64,000 bases of DNA, taken from an uncultured delta proteobacterium (GTDB taxonomy: Bacteria > Desulfobacterota > Binatia > Binatales > Binataceae). The notes under the pieces are model-generated. The model ran no database searches, was not told the DNA's origin, and saw only the letters and a program-made list of their open reading frames with translations. Made by a program: the position numbers and the translations under genes. Below, one piece after another: positions 20,816-30,513 of this stretch (its first letter is position 1; each line of letters opens with the position of its first letter). The stretch lies in NCBI GenBank assembly GCA_963842085.1, contig CAWJET010000001.1, forward strand, positions 384,001 to 448,000, read 5' to 3'.

Positions 20816-22009
20816 CGGCGCCGCTCGGTGAAATCGCGCTCGCGCTCGGCCACGCGCAACTCGACGGATGGCTGTTCTACGACTTCCGCGTGAGCGACCC
20901 GCTCGCGTATCGAATCCTCGGGCTGTCGGAAGACGGCATCGCAACCCGGCGATGGTTCTGCTATGTGCCGGCGCGCGGCAAGCCAGGGGCGATAGTGTCA
21001 GCCGTCGAGGCGCATCGGCTCGACGCGCTCGGCGTCGAGCAGATCGTCTATCGTTCGCACGACGAGATGCTCGCAGCCTTGCGCACCGTGCTCGGCGGCG
21101 CGCGGCGAATCGCGATGAACCATTCGCCCGGGTGCGCGATTCCGTACGTCTCGCGCGTCGATGCGGGCACGGTCGAAATCGTCCGCGCGATGGGAATCGA
21201 GGTCGTCACCGCGGCCGATCTCATTCAGCGCTTTGAGGCGACGTTGACCCGCGACCAGCTCGCCAGCCATCAGCGCGCGGCACGAGCGCTCAGATCGATC
21301 GTCGATGAAACCTTCGCCGGGATCGGACAGTCGATTTCGGCAGGTCGTCCGGTCAGCGAAGTCTCCGTACAGGAATCCGTGATGGCGCGCTTCGCCGCGC
21401 GAGGTCTGGTGACTCAGACGCCGCCGATCGTCGCCGTCAACGAACACAGCGCCGATCCGCACTACGGCCCGGGCCGCGAAACACGACCGCGCGATTGGCC
21501 GCGGCGATTTCATCCTGCTCGACCTGTGGGCCAAAGAAGCCACGCCCGAAAGTATCTACGCCGACTTCACCTGGGTCGCGTTCGCCGGCGACAAAGTTCC
21601 GGCGGAGCATGCGCGAGTGTTCAAGATTGTCGCCAATGCGCGCGACGCGACGGTGGACCTGGTCCAGCGCCGAATCGCGGCGGGTGAGCCAATCAGCGGC
21701 CGCGAAGCCGATCGCGCCGCGCGTCGGGTAATCGAGGCGGCCGGCTTCGGCGACGCGTTCGTCCATCGCACGGGCCATTCGATCGGCCGCGAAGTGCATG
21801 GCACCGGTGCGAACCTGGACTCGCTGGAAACGCTGGACGACCGCCGGCTGATCGACAACACGTGTTTCTCGGTCGAGCCGGGAATCTATCTGCCGGGAAA
21901 ATTCGGAGTGCGCAGCGAACTCGACATGACGATCGAAAACGGGCGCGCGATGGTCAGCGGCGAGCCGCGCCAGCGCGAGATCGCCGCGCTGTTCGGAGAG
22001 ACCATTTGA
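20812..22009 (+). pseudogene. M24 family Xaa-Pro peptidase, split by a +1 frameshift near 21481
   Basis: N-terminal half in ORF 20812; ...DFILLDLWAK...YADFTW...HRTGHSIG...FSVEPGIY...GVRSE continues in the next frame. Confidence 0.85.
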
Positions 22010-22170
22010 TCGAATGTGAAACCCGCGGTGGGTTTCACGCTTCCTTCGGCAGGGGTGACCCCGCACCCAACGTTCAGACGACGATGCGGGACTTCGTCCC
22101 TGTTGGAAGGGTAAGGAGAAAGTCGCCTGCTGCTTCCAAAGCCGAGCGGGGCATGTAAAAAATCGCGAGG

Positions 22171-22863
22171 ATGATTCGCGCGGTCATATTCGATCTCGAC
22201 GGGACTCTCGTCGACACCGAGCCGTTGCATTTGGCGGCGTTCAACGAAGTTTTGCGTCTCGAGGGAATCGAAATCCCATCTGACGAGTACTTCGCGCGGC
22301 TGATTGGGCTTAACGATCACGATTGTTTCGCCACGGTGCTGCGCGAGAGTCGCAGGGACGCGGGCCAGGCACACCTGGCGGACCTGATTGCGCGCAAGAC
22401 TGCTGTCTATCAAGCGATGGTTGCCGAGCGCGAGGTTCTGTACCCGGGCGTGGAGAAGTTCGTGCGCGATTGCGCGCGGCGGTTTCCGCTGATGATCGCG
22501 ACCGGCACGCTGCGCGCCGAGGCCGAAGCGATCCTTCGTCGCGCCGGACTGCGCGAGTTGTTTGTCGACATTATCGCGGCGGAGGACGTCGAGCGCGGCA
22601 AGCCTGCGCCCGACAGTTTTGTTGCGGCTCTCGGGCGCATCGGATTTTTGCTCCGGCCGCGCGCGCCGGTGCTGGCAGAAGAATGCCTGGTGGTCGAGGA
22701 CACGCCCCCCGGAATCGAGGCGGCGCATCGCGCAGGAATGAAAGTGCTGGCGCTATGCCATAGCGCGCCGTCGAGTGATCTGGCGGCGGCTGACGTCGTG
22801 CGCGAATCGATCTCCGAGCTTGACCTCGACGAGATATTGCGCGCGCTTCGAGCGGCGGCCTGA
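22171..22863 (+). CDS. HAD family phosphatase
   Basis: FDLDGTLVD, KPAP and VEDT motifs. Confidence 0.92.
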   Translation: MIRAVIFDLDGTLVDTEPLHLAAFNEVLRLEGIEIPSDEYFARLIGLNDHDCFATVLRESRRDAGQAHLADLIARKTAVYQAMVAEREVLYPGVEKFVRDCARRFPLMIATGTLRAEAEAILRRAGLRELFVDIIAAEDVERGKPAPDSFVAALGRIGFLLRPRAPVLAEECLVVEDTPPGIEAAHRAGMKVLALCHSAPSSDLAAADVVRESISELDLDEILRALRAAA

Positions 22864-22883
22864 AAAAGCATGGGAGCAACCTA

Positions 22884-23555
22884 ATGGCGGCGAAGCTTTA
22901 CCAGTTTCTCGGCAGCCCGTTCTGCGCCAAGGTGCGCAAGCTGCTCGCGTTCAAGGGCGTCGAGTTCGAAGTAGTCGAAGTTGACTACCTGGAGCGCAAG
23001 GAATTGATCCTCGCCTCGGGCCAGATAATGGTGCCGGCGGTCACGCTCGAGGACGGCGAGACGATCGTCGATTCCGCGCGAATCGCGATGCGGCTCGAGG
23101 AGCTTTATCCCGAGCCGACGATTTTTCCGGCCGGCTGGCGCGGGATGCATCTGGTGCTCGCCGATTATATCGACAACCAGCTCGAGGACGCGGTGTATCG
23201 CGTCGCGCTGGCCGACGAGCTCGCCTACTACCGCAGCCAGGGCGCCGATCGCGCCGCGCTGTGGCGTCTGATTCGCGAGCGCAAGTATGGCGCGGGTTTC
23301 GTCGATCGAGTTATCGCCGATCATTCGGCCAACTGGGAACGCGCACGCACGGCGCTCGCGCCGTTCGAGCAGCAATTGGCGAGCATGCCGTTTCTGACCG
23401 GCAGGATCGGGCTGGCGGACTTCGCGCTCTACGGCCAGCTCTACTACCTGGCGTTCACGGGCGAGCTGAAAATTCCCGCCGACATGACAAATCTGCGCGC
23501 GTTCTTCGGGCGGGTCGAGCGGCTCAGCTCGGCGATTGAGGAATCGACCGGCTAA
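22884..23555 (+). CDS. Glutathione S-transferase family protein
   Basis: SPFCAKVR, VPA...DSARI, LADFALY. Confidence 0.88.
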   Translation: MAAKLYQFLGSPFCAKVRKLLAFKGVEFEVVEVDYLERKELILASGQIMVPAVTLEDGETIVDSARIAMRLEELYPEPTIFPAGWRGMHLVLADYIDNQLEDAVYRVALADELAYYRSQGADRAALWRLIRERKYGAGFVDRVIADHSANWERARTALAPFEQQLASMPFLTGRIGLADFALYGQLYYLAFTGELKIPADMTNLRAFFGRVERLSSAIEESTG

Positions 23556-23563
23556 TGAACTGG

Positions 23564-24007
23564 CTACACGATTTCGCCGATTGCGGTGGTCAGGAAGTGG
23601 CTGAAGAGCGCGCCGGTCGAGTCGAGCGCTACATCATATAGCGACGCGGTGCGGCCGGGCACGAACACCTGATGGCCCTCGTCGGTCAGCGCATACACTA
23701 CGCAGAGCATCAACGCGAGGTACGGCCGCTCCTTCATCGGACCGCGAACCAGCAGCCAGAAAAGCACTCCGTACTCGGTAAAGTGCGCGGTCTTGCGGAC
23801 GAGCATGTGACAAACTTCAACCGACGCGGCGCTGATTGCGGGGATCAACCATCGCAGTATCGGGTCGATGACCTTGGCCGTGTTGACGGCAGAAAACTCC
23901 GAGGTCGAGAGCGTGAAGATCAAAGCGCCCCACAGTACTACCGCGATCCATTCGCCGAGCGGAGCAAGCTCCGAGGCGCCGGCTGACACAGACTTCGCCG
24001 CCGGCAT
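23564..24007 (-). CDS. VanZ family membrane protein
   Basis: RKTAHFTEY, DEGHQVFVPGR...DVALD. Confidence 0.9.
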   Translation of the reverse strand: MPAAKSVSAGASELAPLGEWIAVVLWGALIFTLSTSEFSAVNTAKVIDPILRWLIPAISAASVEVCHMLVRKTAHFTEYGVLFWLLVRGPMKERPYLALMLCVVYALTDEGHQVFVPGRTASLYDVALDSTGALFSHFLTTAIGEIV

Positions 24008-24179
24008 TTATCTGTCCGCCGTGCTCACGACGGCGCCCGAGGGCTGCGCTCGGACGGCCTGCGGAAATATCGGTGGAGCCGATTTTTCATGAACATCGAA
24101 AACGTGCCAGACTTAGAACTACCATTGAGTGTTACCAGTAGGAACCTGCGCCGCGCAATCCGATGAGGAAGGCCGCAAC

Positions 24180-25703
24180 ATGGACAATCTGCTCACCATA
24201 CAAAAGGCCCAGCCGGCGCGGCCGTGCACGGTGGTGATACTCGGCGCGTCGGGCGATCTCGCCAAGCGCAAGCTGATTCCGTCGCTGTACAATCTGGTCG
24301 CGTGCGGCGAGGGCATGATGCCGGCGAAGAGCGCGGTGCTGGGATTTGCGCGGCGCGAAATGTCGCTCGACCAGTTCCGCAAAAGTGCGCACGATTGGAC
24401 CGCGCGGTTCTCGCGCCTGAAAGTGAACGAGGTTTGCTGGACGGCCTTCGCCAGCGGACTCGACTATCTCTCCGGCCTCGACCATCCCAACGGTTTCGCA
24501 AAACTTAAAGCTAAACTTGAAGCTCTGGAAAAGGCGCGCGGCCTCCCGCCCAACCGCGTTTACTACCTGGCGATTCCGCCCGAAGCGATTGGCGAGTCGG
24601 TCGAGCGGCTGGCCGAGGCCAGCCTGATCAACCCGCCGAGCGCGCCGAACTTCACCCGCGTCGTCGTCGAAAAGCCGATCGGCCACGATCTGCCGAGCGC
24701 GCTCGCGGTGAATCAGGTCCTGGTGAAGTATCTCGACGACTCGCAGATTTTCCGGATCGATCACTACCTCGGCAAGGAAACCGTGCAGAACCTGCTGGTG
24801 CTGCGCTTCTCGAATAATATTTTCGAGCGCCTGTGGGGCGCCCGCAACGTCGATCACGTGCAGATCACGGTGGCGGAGGCGGAAGGCGTGGGCAGCCGCG
24901 CGATGTATTACGATCGTTCGGGCGCGCTGCGCGACATGGTGCAGAACCACATCCTGCAAACGCTGTCGCTGCTCACGATGGAAGCGCCGGTGTCGCTCGA
25001 CGCGGCCGCGATACGCGACGCAAAGCTCAACGTGTTGCGCACGCTTCGTCCGATCACGCCGAAGGATGCGCGCGCGAACACGGTGCGGGCGCGCTACGCC
25101 GCGGGCGTCGACACAGACGGCAAGCCGGTGCCCGGCTACATGGACGAACAAGGCATCGCCGACAATTCGGAGATCGAAACCTACGTCGCGCTGAAGACGT
25201 ACATCGACAACTGGCGATGGTCGGGGGTGCCGTTTTTCATTCGCACCGGCAAGCGGATGAAGCGGCGCGCGAGTTCGATCTACGTCCAGTTCAAGGACGT
25301 GCCGCAAATTCTGTTCAATCGCGGCTCGACGGTTCCCGCCAACGCGCTGACGATTCGGATCCAGCCCGACGAGGGTTTTTCGTTCGACGTGATGACCAAG
25401 CGCCCGGGACTCGACGTGGTGCTGCAACCGGTGCGAATGAATCTCAGCTACCAGACCGCGTTTGGCGACGGCGCGTCGCCCGACGGATACGAACGGCTCC
25501 TGCTCGACGTGATAGACGGCGACCATACGCTGTTCATCAGCGCGCCGTTCGTCGAGAAGTCGTGGGAGTTCGTGCAGGGAATCCTGGACTCGTGGAGCGA
25601 CCGCGCGCGCGTGCCGCTGGTCGAGTATCCTGCGGGAGGCTGGGGACCGGCCGAAGCCGATGAGTTGATTCGCTCGACGGGACGAGTATGGCATGAGCCG
25701 TAG
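24180..25703 (+). CDS. zwf: Glucose-6-phosphate 1-dehydrogenase
   Basis: GASGDLAKRKL, RIDHYLGKE, DMVQNH, RWSGVPF. Confidence 0.97.
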   Translation: MDNLLTIQKAQPARPCTVVILGASGDLAKRKLIPSLYNLVACGEGMMPAKSAVLGFARREMSLDQFRKSAHDWTARFSRLKVNEVCWTAFASGLDYLSGLDHPNGFAKLKAKLEALEKARGLPPNRVYYLAIPPEAIGESVERLAEASLINPPSAPNFTRVVVEKPIGHDLPSALAVNQVLVKYLDDSQIFRIDHYLGKETVQNLLVLRFSNNIFERLWGARNVDHVQITVAEAEGVGSRAMYYDRSGALRDMVQNHILQTLSLLTMEAPVSLDAAAIRDAKLNVLRTLRPITPKDARANTVRARYAAGVDTDGKPVPGYMDEQGIADNSEIETYVALKTYIDNWRWSGVPFFIRTGKRMKRRASSIYVQFKDVPQILFNRGSTVPANALTIRIQPDEGFSFDVMTKRPGLDVVLQPVRMNLSYQTAFGDGASPDGYERLLLDVIDGDHTLFISAPFVEKSWEFVQGILDSWSDRARVPLVEYPAGGWGPAEADELIRSTGRVWHEP

Positions 25704-25715
25704 AGGATAATTTGA

Positions 25716-26061
25716 ATGGCAACCGACGCTTGCTGCAATGCTGAAAATTCCGCGGCCGAAACTCCAATGGCGTGCGACCTCAACGCGATCTCCGCGAGCG
25801 ATCGCGCGCGCTACAACGAATTGCGCCGGATGTTCAGCGTCGGCCATCGGCAAGCGCGAACTGCCCCACGGTATCGCGGTACAAATCGCGACCGAGCGCA
25901 TGGCGCTGGCGCAGCTCGCCGAATGGGTTTCGTTCGAGCGCAAGTGCTGCCCGTTCTTCGAGTTCAGGATCGAGGTCGCGCCAAAGTCCGGCCCCGTGTG
26001 GTTGAGCCTGACGGGCCGCGCCGGCGTCAAGGATTTCCTGGCGCACGCCTTCGCGCAGTAG
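25716..26061 (+). pseudogene. Small Cys-motif hypothetical protein (ACxL...ERKCCPFF), +1 frameshift near 25836
   Basis: The N-terminus of ORF 25716 and the C-terminus of ORF 25738 join into one coherent protein of about 114 aa. Confidence 0.65.
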
Positions 26062-26175
26062 CCGCTCCCCCTCGCTTCCAGCGGGGCTCTGCGCCTGTGG
26101 CATAGCCGGCGGACCTTAGCTAACATTGCCGCCCGCGGCTGCGAAACCATAATTCCACGAGGATCGGAAAGCTAC

Positions 26176-27462
26176 TTGGCCGACAACAACAAGGTCGTAA
26201 TTATCGGCGCCAACGGCACCATGGGCGCCGGCGCGGGATGCGTGTTCGCTGGCGGCGGTTATCACGTCACGATGCTGGCGCGATCGCCCGCCAAAGCCGC
26301 TGAAGGATTGACGGACGCACAGAACGATGCGCGCGCGGAAGCGATCGCGGAGCGAATCTCACTCGGCACGTACGACACCGACCTCGGCCGTGCGGTTGGC
26401 GAGGCCGCGTTCGTCTTCGAGTCCCTCGCCGAAGATCTGCCGCTGAAAAGGCAATTCTTCGAGCTGATCGACAAGAGCCGGCGTCCCGACGCGATCGTTG
26501 CGACCGGCTCCTCGGGATTGTCGATCGCGGAAATGGCGCGCGGACGCAGCGATTCGTTTCGCCGCAATTTTCTCGGCGTGCATCTGTTCAATCCGCCGCA
26601 CGTGATCGTCGGCACCGAAGTGATCCCAGGTCCCGATACCGATCCTGCCGTCGTGAAGCAGGTAGTTGCGATGCTGACAAAGCGGCTGGGCCGCAAGGTG
26701 ATCGTCACCCGCGACATGCCCGCGTTCGTCGGCAACCGGGTCGGCTTCAAGGTCCTGAACGAGACTGCGCAACTGGCCGCCGAACACGGCGTCGCGTTCA
26801 TCGACTATCTGATCGGGCCCCATACCGGGCGCGCGATGGCGCCGCTGGCGACTGTCGACCTGGTCGGATGGGACGTACACAAGGCGATCGTCGATAACGT
26901 TTATGCGAATTGTGAAGATGAGGCGCACGAATCCTTCGCCATGCCCACGTACATGAACGCCGGGCTGCGCCAGGGATGCCTCGGCGACAAGACGCCTGAG
27001 AGCGGCGGCTTCTACCGTCGCGCGGGCAAGGAAGTCTTTGTGCTCGATCCGAAAACGGGCGGGCACGAGAAGTTCCAGAAGCCCGCGCCGATCGAGTTCG
27101 TCGAGAAGATGAAACAGTTGCATCGCGTGGGCCGCTACGCCGACGCCTTGAAGGTCCTCGCCGATGCCGACGGCGCCGACGCCGACCTGTGCCGCCGGGT
27201 AGTGCTCGGTTACGTCAGCTACGCGCTGAACCGCGTCGGCGAAGTGGCCGCGAGTGCAGCCGACGTGGACACGATTATGTCGTACGGCTTCAACTGGGCG
27301 CCGCCGACCGCGATCGTCGATTTGCTCGGCGCGAAGAACACGGTGATGATGCTGCAAAAGCTGAGGCTCAAGGTCCCCGCGACCGTCGAGCAAGCTGCGT
27401 CGCGCGGTGCTAAAATGTTTTCAGGCGGCGTACTCGAATATGGCCGCACGTTCGTTGGATGA
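26176..27462 (+). CDS. 3-hydroxyacyl-CoA dehydrogenase
   Basis: GANGTMG, E..AE...K, HLFNPP, FVGNR. Confidence 0.9.
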   Translation: MADNNKVVIIGANGTMGAGAGCVFAGGGYHVTMLARSPAKAAEGLTDAQNDARAEAIAERISLGTYDTDLGRAVGEAAFVFESLAEDLPLKRQFFELIDKSRRPDAIVATGSSGLSIAEMARGRSDSFRRNFLGVHLFNPPHVIVGTEVIPGPDTDPAVVKQVVAMLTKRLGRKVIVTRDMPAFVGNRVGFKVLNETAQLAAEHGVAFIDYLIGPHTGRAMAPLATVDLVGWDVHKAIVDNVYANCEDEAHESFAMPTYMNAGLRQGCLGDKTPESGGFYRRAGKEVFVLDPKTGGHEKFQKPAPIEFVEKMKQLHRVGRYADALKVLADADGADADLCRRVVLGYVSYALNRVGEVAASAADVDTIMSYGFNWAPPTAIVDLLGAKNTVMMLQKLRLKVPATVEQAASRGAKMFSGGVLEYGRTFVG

Positions 27463-27490
27463 TTAGCTTGTCGATTAAGAGGAGCGCGCG

Positions 27491-28726
27491 ATGACGAAAC
27501 CAGCGCCGGTGTACGTATTGGGCGGAGCGCAAACCGATTTTGCCCGCAATTGGTCGAAGGAAGGCAAACATTTCGTGGCGATGATGCGCGAAGCGACTCT
27601 GGGCGCGCTCGAAGCCACGAAGATTGAGCCGCGCGAAGTCGAGACCGCTCACGTCGGCAACTTCGCCGCCGAGCTTTATGCCAAGCAGGGCCATATCGGC
27701 GCGTTCTTCATCGAGATCGATCCCACTTTTTCCGGGCTGCCGACGAGCCGTCACGAGGCGGCATGTGCTTCGGGCTCGATCGCACTGATCGCGGCGGCGG
27801 CGGAAATCGAAGCCGAGCGCTACAACCTGGCGTGCGTGGTCGGCGTCGAACAAATGAAAACCGTCGATTCGACCACCGGCGGCGACTACCTGGGCACCGC
27901 GGCGTGGTACGAGCGCGAGGCCAAGGGGATCGAGTTCCCGTTTCCGAAACTCTTCGGCCGCCTCGGCGACGAATACGACAAGCGCTACGGGCTCAAGGAC
28001 GAACACCTCGCGCACATTTCGGCGGTGAATTATTCCAACGCCAAGCGCAATCCCAACGCGCAGACCCGCAACTGGTTCATGAGCGAGAGTCACGCGCAGC
28101 ACGAAAGCAAGTTCAACCAGGTCATCGGCGGCCGCATCAAAGTGAGCGATTGCTCGCAGGTCACCGACGGCTCGGTCGCGGTTTTCCTCGCCTCGGAAAA
28201 GTTCGCGAGCGCGTGGGCCAAGCGCAACGGCAAGACGCTCGCCGACATCCCGCACATCCTCGGCTGGGGCCATCACACGGCGCCACTCGAATTCGCCACC
28301 AAGGTCGCCGAGAGCCGCGACAACGCTTACGTGCTGCCGCATACGCGGCAGGCAATTCTCGACGCGTTCAAGCGCGCGGGCATCGGGTCGGTAGCCGAAC
28401 TGTCGGGAATCGAGACGCACGACTGCTTCACCACCTCGGAGTACATGGCGATCGATCATTTTGGAATCACCAAGCCCGGCGAATCGTGGAAGGCGGTCGA
28501 GGAAGGCGTGATTGAGCTCGGCGGCAAGCTGCCGATCAATCCGAGCGGCGGGCTGATCGGCGCGGGCCATCCGGTCGGCGCGACCGGCGTGCGCCAGATG
28601 CTCGATTGCCATCGGCAAATCACGCACAGCGCGGGCGACTACCAGGTCGAAGGCGCGAAGAAATTTGCGATGCTGAATATCGGCGGCAGCGGCACCACCA
28701 GCTGCGTGTTCATCGTCGGCAAGTAA
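27491..28726 (+). CDS. Thiolase (SCP2-type acetyl-CoA acetyltransferase)
   Basis: EAACASG, HDCF, NPSGGL...GHPVGATG. Confidence 0.92.
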   Translation: MTKPAPVYVLGGAQTDFARNWSKEGKHFVAMMREATLGALEATKIEPREVETAHVGNFAAELYAKQGHIGAFFIEIDPTFSGLPTSRHEAACASGSIALIAAAAEIEAERYNLACVVGVEQMKTVDSTTGGDYLGTAAWYEREAKGIEFPFPKLFGRLGDEYDKRYGLKDEHLAHISAVNYSNAKRNPNAQTRNWFMSESHAQHESKFNQVIGGRIKVSDCSQVTDGSVAVFLASEKFASAWAKRNGKTLADIPHILGWGHHTAPLEFATKVAESRDNAYVLPHTRQAILDAFKRAGIGSVAELSGIETHDCFTTSEYMAIDHFGITKPGESWKAVEEGVIELGGKLPINPSGGLIGAGHPVGATGVRQMLDCHRQITHSAGDYQVEGAKKFAMLNIGGSGTTSCVFIVGK

Positions 28727-28734
28727 GCGCGCGC

Positions 28735-28812
28735 CTGTCATCCTGACCGAAGCGAGCAACGCATTTCTGTCATCCTGACGACGCGAGCAACGCGAGCTGA
28801 GGAAGGATCTCG
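28735..28812 (+). repeat. Two tandem partial copies of the TGTCATYCTGA REP-like family
   Basis: CTGTCATCCTGAC...GCGAGCAACGC occurs twice, followed by GAAGGATCT; related to 17993-18088. Confidence 0.65.
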
Positions 28813-28914
28813 GACCGCTTCGCGCCAGCGAAGCCGGTACCGGTTCTGAAATCGCGAAGCGGTCCCTTGCCGATGCCGATTGGCTCGCGCGCGCGGGCGC
28901 GGCACAATCGCCCG

Positions 28915-29823
28915 ATGCCCAGAAAAACTCCGTTCATACTCGTCGACGTCTTCACTTCGCGGCCCTTCGGCGGCAACCAGCTCGCGGTCTTTACCGACGC
29001 CGCAGTGCTCAGCGCGAGCGAGATGCAGGAACTGGCGCATGAGATGAACTTCAGCGAATCGACGTTCGTGATGCCGGCGGAATCTTCGGGCACGCGGCGC
29101 GTGCGGATCTTCACGCCAAGGCGCGAAGTTCCGATGGCCGGGCATCCCACGGTCGGCACCACCTGGGTGCTCGCGAGCCGCGGCGAGATCGCGCTCGAAT
29201 CGGCGAGCGTCGATGCGACACTGCAACTCGGAATCGGGCCGGTGACGGTGACCGTCGAGAGCAGCGACGGCAAGCCGCATTTCGTCTGGATGGCGCATCG
29301 CGAGGCGGAGTTCGGCGCGAAGCGGCGCGACCGCGCGCGCATCGCAAAGGCGCTTGGAATCACCGTGGCGGACATTCGCGACGATTTGCCGATTCAGATC
29401 GTCTCGACCGGCTTTCCCTTCGTCTTTGTCCCGCTTCGCACGCTGGACGCGCTCGCGAAATGCGCTCCCAGCGCTGCCCCGCTCGCGGCGCTGTTTGAGC
29501 CGGGTGTGCAGGCGCCGCTCTTATATATGTTTGTCGCGAACCAGTCGGGCGAGTTCTCGGCCCGGGCGCGGATGTTCGCGCCGCATGACGGAATTCCCGA
29601 GGATCCCGCGACCGGCAGCGCCGCAGCTCCATTCGGCGCGTACGCCGCGACGTACGGATTGATCAAGCCTGCGCCCAGGACTTCGTTCCTGATCCAGCAA
29701 GGCGTCGAGATGGGACGGCCCAGCGAGATTCGCGTCGAGGTCGCGCGCAAGGACGGCGGCGCATTCGCAATCCGAATCGGCGGACGATGCGCGATCGTCG
29801 GCGAAGGCGCGATGTTCCTATAA
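28915..29823 (+). CDS. PhzF family isomerase
   Basis: DVFT..PFGGNQLAV, SESTF, E.PMAGHPT, EDPATGSA, QGVEMGRPS. Confidence 0.93.
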   Translation: MPRKTPFILVDVFTSRPFGGNQLAVFTDAAVLSASEMQELAHEMNFSESTFVMPAESSGTRRVRIFTPRREVPMAGHPTVGTTWVLASRGEIALESASVDATLQLGIGPVTVTVESSDGKPHFVWMAHREAEFGAKRRDRARIAKALGITVADIRDDLPIQIVSTGFPFVFVPLRTLDALAKCAPSAAPLAALFEPGVQAPLLYMFVANQSGEFSARARMFAPHDGIPEDPATGSAAAPFGAYAATYGLIKPAPRTSFLIQQGVEMGRPSEIRVEVARKDGGAFAIRIGGRCAIVGEGAMFL

Positions 29824-29850
29824 CGCGCGAGCGCCGCTATTGTTGTGCTC

Positions 29851-30435
29851 ATGGACGAACGCCACATTCCGTCGGTCGGCGAAAAAGCACCCGAGTTCGC
29901 GCTCGCCGACTCGACCGGCATCGTGCGCCGCCTCGACGACCTGGTCGCGGGCGGGATGTGCGTCGTCGTTTTCTACCGCGGGCACTGGTGACCGTTTTGC
30001 CTCCGCCAGTTGGCGGACTATTCGGAGCATTTCGAGGATTTTCGTAAGGCCAGCGCTGAGCTGATTGCAATCTCCGTGGACGATGCCGCGCGCGCGGAAC
30101 CGGTTCGCCAGGAGCTCGGCATCAAATTTCCGCTGCTGTGCGACCCGCGGCGCGAGGTCGTCAAGGCATACGGCCTGCTCAACACGCGCGAGAATGGCGG
30201 TATCGCGTTTCCCGCGTCATTTGTGATCGATCGCGAGCGTGTCGTGCGTTTCCGCGCGCTCGAAGAGGTCGCGTCGCGCGTCAGCGTGGATCAATTGCTC
30301 GGACTGGTGCGCGCGCTCGGCAACGGTACCCAAGCGACGGTGACACCGCGCAAGCGCGGCGTGTGGCCCGGAGCGATGTTCGTCCGCGCGACGATGAACG
30401 CGCTTCGGCGCGGCGTCCGCGTCCCGAACCGATAG
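29851..30435 (+). CDS. Peroxiredoxin-like (AhpC/TSA) selenoprotein, 194 aa, Sec47 in W-U-P-F-C
   Basis: ATG 29851 reads ...VGEKAPEFAL...VFYRGHW, then TGA (29989-29991), then PFCLRQLAD, in frame with ORF 30010-30435. Hairpin TCCGCC-AGTT-GGCGGA at 30002-30017. Confidence 0.88.
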
Positions 30436-30513
30436 GATCGAATCGGCATCGGCGCGGATTTTAAACTTCCCATCTCTATGCCGCGAGCCTATGATGCTGC
30501 GCGCGGAGTCTGC

